From NCBI GenBank assembly GCA_963750165.1, contig CAVVPN010000011.1, positions 1,632,001-1,696,000 on the forward strand: a DNA stretch of 64,000 nt, given 5' to 3'. Numbering within the stretch: the first letter of the stretch is position 1; each line of letters opens with the position of its first letter. The DNA is from an uncultured Gemmataceae bacterium (GTDB lineage: Bacteria > Planctomycetota > Planctomycetia > Gemmatales > Gemmataceae). Below, in pieces: positions 59,660 through 64,000 of this stretch. Both the position numbers and the translations under genes were made by a program. The notes beneath the pieces were generated by a model. The model searched no databases. It saw nothing but the letters and a program-made list of their open reading frames with translations, and had not been told where the DNA came from.

Positions 59660-60169
59660 ATGCGAACAGCGCTTTTTTGGATAGAGGGGCCCTGGCGTGG
59701 CCGCTTGGCGATCATGCCGCGCCCACGCGGTGGTGACTGGCTTGAAGAGGAAGTCCAGGCGTGGCGCCAATCCGATATCGATGTGGTAGTCTCTCTCCTG
59801 ACACCCGATGAACATGCGGAGTTGAATTTGGCCGAGGAAGGAAACTTGTGTCGGGCAAACGGCATTGAGTTTGTGTCTTTCTCGATCATCGACCGATCTG
59901 TTCCTTCGTCGATGGAGGCGTTTTCGGATCTGGTAACAGCGCTCGCTCGGCAACTCGCGAACGGAAAGAACATCGCGGTTCATTGCCGGCAAGGTATTGG
60001 AAGAGCGGGCTTAGTCGCGATCTGTCTGCTCATCTTGTCCGGTGTAGAGCAAGGCGCGGCTATCGCGCGGGTTGGTTCGGCACGAGGTTGTTCCGTTCCC
60101 GAAACGCCCGAGCAACAACGATGGATCGCAGACTTCGCGAAGTCACTGGTAGTCCAGCTTCCAAGGTAG
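59660..60169 (+). CDS. Dual-specificity / tyrosine protein phosphatase
   Basis: HCRQGIGR (CX5R), PETPEQ; lower GC. Confidence 0.9.
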   Translation: MRTALFWIEGPWRGRLAIMPRPRGGDWLEEEVQAWRQSDIDVVVSLLTPDEHAELNLAEEGNLCRANGIEFVSFSIIDRSVPSSMEAFSDLVTALARQLANGKNIAVHCRQGIGRAGLVAICLLILSGVEQGAAIARVGSARGCSVPETPEQQRWIADFAKSLVVQLPR

Positions 60170-60176
60170 CCAACCG

Positions 60177-60289
60177 GCCGAACCGGGCGCTGCAGTCGAT
60201 CAGGCGCTGCGTCTGACCGGGGCCGCAGGTCGTCTTTCTCAGAGTCCAAGCTGCTGGGGCGGCCCGGCAGGTGGGCCTGGTCGTTCGGC
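60177..60289 (+). mobile_element. Integron attC-like site (degenerate or chimeric)
   Basis: GCCGAAC ... GTTCGGC ends; inner stem CTGACCGGGGCCGC / GCGGCCCGGCAG; starts 7 bp after a stop codon. Confidence 0.6.
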
Positions 60290-60323
60290 CGCGTCGGAGG
60301 TCGGTCCCTGGGCGAACGCCACC

Positions 60324-60369
60324 TTGGCTCGTCGGGGCGGTCTCTCCTACAATACGTGCAGTAACACGT
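60324..60369 (+). promoter_or_regulatory. TA operon promoter with operator palindrome
   Basis: TTGGCT-18-TACAAT then ACGTG-N6-CACGT. Confidence 0.55.
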
Positions 60370-60385
60370 GTTCTCGGAGGGCGCC

Positions 60386-60616
60386 ATGCAGAAGAAGTTG
60401 ACCATCACTATCGACGAACGCGTTTATGACGGCCTCCACGCTGTCATCGGCCGGCGGCGCATCAGCCAGTTCATCGAGTCCCTCGTCCGGCCCCACGTCA
60501 TCGGCAAGGATCTGGAGGTTGCCTACGAGCAGATGGCCCGGGACGAGGCACGCGAGGCCGAGGCGCTGGCCTGGGCTGAGGCTACCGTGGGGGACGTGGC
60601 CGATGAAGCGCGGTGA
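60386..60616 (+). CDS. Antitoxin (RHH-like)
   Basis: MQKKLTITIDERVY...ISQFIESLV; acidic tail; overlaps toxin start. Confidence 0.85.
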   Translation: MQKKLTITIDERVYDGLHAVIGRRRISQFIESLVRPHVIGKDLEVAYEQMARDEAREAEALAWAEATVGDVADEAR

Positions 60617-60926
60617 GGTCTGGTGGGTCAACTTCGAGCCCGCCGTCGGCGGCGAGGTGCGCAAGGAGCGGCCCGCGGTGATCGTAAGCAACGACGCCTC
60701 CAACAAGCACCTCAAGCGCGTGCAGATGGTGCCGCTGACCACCAACGTGGATCGAGTCTACCCCAGCGAGGCGTTGGTCAAGGTCCGCGGCAAGAAACAC
60801 AAAGCCATGGCGGACCAGCTAACGACGGTGAGCAAGACCCGCCTGGAGAACCACGTGGGCCGGCTGTCCAAGGCGGACATGCAAGCGGTCGAGCAGGCCA
60901 TCAAAGTTCAGTTGGAGTTGCCCTGA
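60603..60926 (+). CDS. PemK/MazF family endoribonuclease toxin
   Basis: MKRGEVWWVNFEPAVGGEVRKERPAVIVSND, VPLTT, DQLTTVSKTRL. Confidence 0.93.
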   Translation: MKRGEVWWVNFEPAVGGEVRKERPAVIVSNDASNKHLKRVQMVPLTTNVDRVYPSEALVKVRGKKHKAMADQLTTVSKTRLENHVGRLSKADMQAVEQAIKVQLELP

Positions 60927-61070
60927 CTCCGCGAGGGTGGACCGCCCCATCTGCCGTCAAGCGTTCACAGGTGAGTCGAAATGGATACGCCCAGGTCAAC
61001 CGGCCCGCACGTGAACTTCGTTGTTAAGCAGACGATAGACACCCGGCCACGGACCACGGACCACGGACAC

Positions 61071-62405
61071 ATGCTGACGACCATTCACGCCGCGGCGGAC
61101 GCTTTGGAGGCCGGCCGCGTTTCGCCGCTCGACCTGCTGGACGCCTGCCTGGAGCACATCGACCGTTACGAGTCGCGCATCCGCGCCTGGGTGTTCGTGG
61201 ACCGCGCCCGTGCCGACGCCGAGGCCCGCGCCGCCGAGCTGCAACGCGGTTATCGTCGGGGGCCGCTGCACGGCATCCCGCTCGGCATCAAGGACATCTT
61301 CGACGTGTTCGACTGGCCGACCGCCGCGGGCTCGCGCCTGTGGGTCAACAGCATCGCCCGTCAGGACTGCACCGCGGTGGAGAAACTGCGGCAGGCGGGA
61401 GCGGTGTTCGTCGGCAAGACGGTGACGACGCAGTACGCCAGCTTCGACCCACCGCCGACGCGCAACCCGTGGAATTCGGAGCGAACGCCGGGCGGCTCCA
61501 GCAGCGGCAGCGCCGCGGCGCTGGCGTGTGGCATGTGCCTGGGGGCGCTCGGCTCGCAGACGGGCGGCTCGATCACGCGGCCGGCGGCGTTCTGCGGCGT
61601 ATCGGGCTGCAAGCCGACCTATGGCCGCGTCAGCTGTTTCGGCGTGGTGCCGCTGGCCGCGTCGATGGACCACCCCGGCCCGCTGGGCCGCTGCGTCTGG
61701 GACCTGGCGGCGCTGCTGCAGGTGATCGCCGGCCACGACCCCCGCGACCCGTCCACCAGCGCCCGAGTTGTGCCGGACTACCTGGCAGCGCTGGCCGGCG
61801 AGCTGGCGCCGCCGCGGCTGGGCCGGCTGCACGGCCTGTTCGACGACCTGGCCCAGCCGGTGACGCGGAGCCTGATGGAGCAGGTGAGCGGGCGCTTGCA
61901 GTCGGCGGGGGCGGTGGTGTCGGACGTGGCGCTGCCGGCGGCGTTCGCGGAGGTGCTGCCGCGGCACCGCGTGGTGATGGCGGTCGAGGCGCTGATGTAT
62001 CACGAGCCGCGGCTGCGACGGCACCCGGAGGATTACGACCCGAATTTCCGCAGTTTGCTCGCCGAGGGCGAGGCGTGTCCGGCGGCGGAGTACGCTCGCT
62101 GCAAGGAGCATCAGGCCCGGCTGAAGATGGACGTGCTGCACTGCTTCGACCACGCGGACGTGCTGCTGACGCCGGCGGCGACCGGCCCGGCGCCGGCGGC
62201 GGCGACGACCGGCGACCCGGCGTTCAACTCGCCGTGGAGCTACACGGGCCTGCCGACGGTGTCGCTGCCGGCGGGCTGGAGTCCGGAGGGGCTGCCGTTG
62301 TCGATTCAACTGGTGGGTCGGCCGTGGGGCGAGGCGGAGCTATTCGCGGCGGCGGCGTGGTGCGAGCGGGTGCTGGCGTTCGAGACGCGCTGGCCGGTGG
62401 CATAG
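61071..62405 (+). CDS. Amidase signature family protein
   Basis: GPLHGIPLGIKD, PGGSSSGSAAA, GSQTGGSITRPA. Confidence 0.93.
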   Translation: MLTTIHAAADALEAGRVSPLDLLDACLEHIDRYESRIRAWVFVDRARADAEARAAELQRGYRRGPLHGIPLGIKDIFDVFDWPTAAGSRLWVNSIARQDCTAVEKLRQAGAVFVGKTVTTQYASFDPPPTRNPWNSERTPGGSSSGSAAALACGMCLGALGSQTGGSITRPAAFCGVSGCKPTYGRVSCFGVVPLAASMDHPGPLGRCVWDLAALLQVIAGHDPRDPSTSARVVPDYLAALAGELAPPRLGRLHGLFDDLAQPVTRSLMEQVSGRLQSAGAVVSDVALPAAFAEVLPRHRVVMAVEALMYHEPRLRRHPEDYDPNFRSLLAEGEACPAAEYARCKEHQARLKMDVLHCFDHADVLLTPAATGPAPAAATTGDPAFNSPWSYTGLPTVSLPAGWSPEGLPLSIQLVGRPWGEAELFAAAAWCERVLAFETRWPVA

Positions 62406-62429
62406 AAGATCGGGCATCGGGGGCGACAG

Positions 62430-63011
62430 ATGAGTGTACTCGACTTACCGCCTTTCCCGCGTCTCGGTTGGGATGACGGCTTCTGGGTGGGTGAAATCAC
62501 ACTGCCATCGTGGGTGGACTTTCAGACGCGCCGAGGCGGATACAACTCCGTGAGTTCCGCCCATCCGTCCGATGGCTCTGTCCAGCTGGTGGTCGTTCCG
62601 AGCGATGAGAAAAGCCAAACCCCACCGACGGTTGAGCAGGTGGCTGCCTTCCGACACTTGCTCGACCACGAGGCGTCCGTGGCTGCCTCCGTTCTCCGCG
62701 CGCTATTTGATCGGTATCCGGAGGAAAAGAAGGCATACGACGAGGACTATGATGAAGAAGATGACGTGCAGGCGTTGCCGGTCATCCAAAATCCAGGCGA
62801 ATTGCACACCCTGATCGGTCTGTCCATCGTGCATGTGTTATCGGTGGTCAAAGACGGCGTGGCGTACGTCGGCTTCGAGTTCGGCTGTGTGTGGGACCGG
62901 GAACATGGTGCCGGGGTGATGACACACCTGGGACGGGTGACCGCGTTAGGTCAGGCGGACACGGCATTCGTGGCGTGGATTGCCAGGCGCGACGCCGAGC
63001 CGAATTCTTGA
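62430..63011 (+). CDS. Hypothetical acidic protein (DUF6985-like)
   Basis: YVGFEFGCVWDREHGAGV motif; lower GC. Confidence 0.7.
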   Translation: MSVLDLPPFPRLGWDDGFWVGEITLPSWVDFQTRRGGYNSVSSAHPSDGSVQLVVVPSDEKSQTPPTVEQVAAFRHLLDHEASVAASVLRALFDRYPEEKKAYDEDYDEEDDVQALPVIQNPGELHTLIGLSIVHVLSVVKDGVAYVGFEFGCVWDREHGAGVMTHLGRVTALGQADTAFVAWIARRDAEPNS

Positions 63012-63191
63012 GGCGACGCGGAATTAACTCACCTGGGCGGATTGACTTTCCTGGCTGATTGGCGTGATGCGCACGACGTGCATGAGGGATGCGACATCGC
63101 CGATCCTGAGTCGAGAAATGTGACCGCGGCTCGCACGGGTCGGCCGGCATCCTCCGCAATTCCGGAACAGCACAGCCCGACCGCTTCTCCC

Positions 63192-63638
63192 TCATTTTTC
63201 CTTGTCCGCCTGTAGCCGCTTGATGGCCGACTCCACCCGCTGGCGCTGCCAGGCGCGGTAGCGCACTTCCAGTTGGCTCAGTTCGACCGCCCCTTGCTTC
63301 TGGATGACTTCCTGAGAATACTTTGCCACGGTCAGCTCGAGATTGATCAATTCCTCGCGGCTAATCGGGTTCTTCGGCCCAATTCCGGGGGGGTTGCGGT
63401 AGAGTTCCAGCCGCCTCGTAGTCGCTTGCAGGATTGCCTGAGTGGCCTTCTTGTCTTCCTCCGCGATGCGGAGTTTGACCTTGGCCATCTCCAGCCGAAT
63501 CTCCGCGCCTTCCAGCTTCTCCTTGAGCAACTCCAGCGCTTCCTTCTTGTCGGGAGGCTGTTTTTGCTGGGCGCGGGCCTCCACCGCGCCGAAAGCGAGA
63601 CACCCCAACACCACTGTCAGCGCTACGCGGACTTGCAT
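63192..63638 (-). CDS. Secreted coiled-coil hypothetical protein
   Basis: GGAGG SD, signal peptide ending ARA, heptad-rich. Confidence 0.7.
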   Translation of the reverse strand: MQVRVALTVVLGCLAFGAVEARAQQKQPPDKKEALELLKEKLEGAEIRLEMAKVKLRIAEEDKKATQAILQATTRRLELYRNPPGIGPKNPISREELINLELTVAKYSQEVIQKQGAVELSQLEVRYRAWQRQRVESAIKRLQADKEK

Positions 63639-63835
63639 GGGACGGACCTCCTGCCAGGGATGGGAACGGAGCCGTGGACCTGGGAACGACACCGCACCCA
63701 GTCTACCCGCCCCGCCCGGGCACAGGCAAGCTCTCGTGTTGCCACCGCCGCCGCCAAATCGTATCGTGCCAGGGGTAGCGCTCCTGACGCGGTGGCGCCG
63801 CCCGAACTCGCAACCCCACGACGGAACCCCCCGCG

Positions 63836-64000
63836 GTGCGCATCCTCTACGCCGCCTCTGAAGTCGCTGGCTTCGCCAAGACCGGCGGCCTCGCCGATGT
63901 CGCCGGCGCCCTGCCGCGCGCTCTCGCCGAGCGCGGTCATGAGGTCACCGTGATCCTGCCGCTGTACCGCTGCGTCCGCCAGGGCGGCCACAAGCTCGAA
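63836..64000 (+). CDS. glgA: Glycogen synthase, N-terminus (runs off window)
   Basis: GTG start: MRILYAASEVAGFAKTGGLADVAGALPRALAERGHEVTVILPLYR (KTGGL motif). Confidence 0.9.
   Translation, partial: MRILYAASEVAGFAKTGGLADVAGALPRALAERGHEVTVILPLYRCVRQGGHKLE

Overview
A GC-rich window (about 68% GC by eye) from a Planctomycetes chromosome, most likely Gemmataceae-like. The assignment rests on a DUF1559 prepilin-like gene with its lipoprotein partner, a DUF1501 fragment, an ECF sigma factor paired with a Ser/Thr kinase-TPR gene, a 'LEHLERRDLPA' export motif and planctomycete-type LRRs. Most of it is metabolic and signalling genes: AOR with MoaD, IscS, ferredoxin, a xylose isomerase-like gene, ald, a thiS-thiG fusion, a nagB fusion, prs, the start of glgA, two hybrid kinases, a KaiC-like ATPase and an HD-GYP protein. 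Main points of interest: (1) a low-GC, translationally coupled three-gene island at 1476-3450 with a permuted papain-like enzyme, a defence/toxin candidate; (2) an LRR gene bracketed by a duplicated 3' half of pfpI; (3) two Rpn-like nuclease genes, each with a strong in-frame internal SD+ATG (intragenic antitoxin candidates); (4) an integron attC-like site between a phosphatase gene and a MazEF-type pair, with no integrase in the window; (5) a mostly TA-bounded MITE-like shell carrying different REP-type cargo at 4-5 loci; (6) two candidate structured RNAs and three sigma54 promoters. Six or seven frameshifts in GC-rich runs are probably sequencing errors. No rRNA, tRNA, CRISPR array or intact transposase was seen. 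All family calls come from motif recognition, not database searches.
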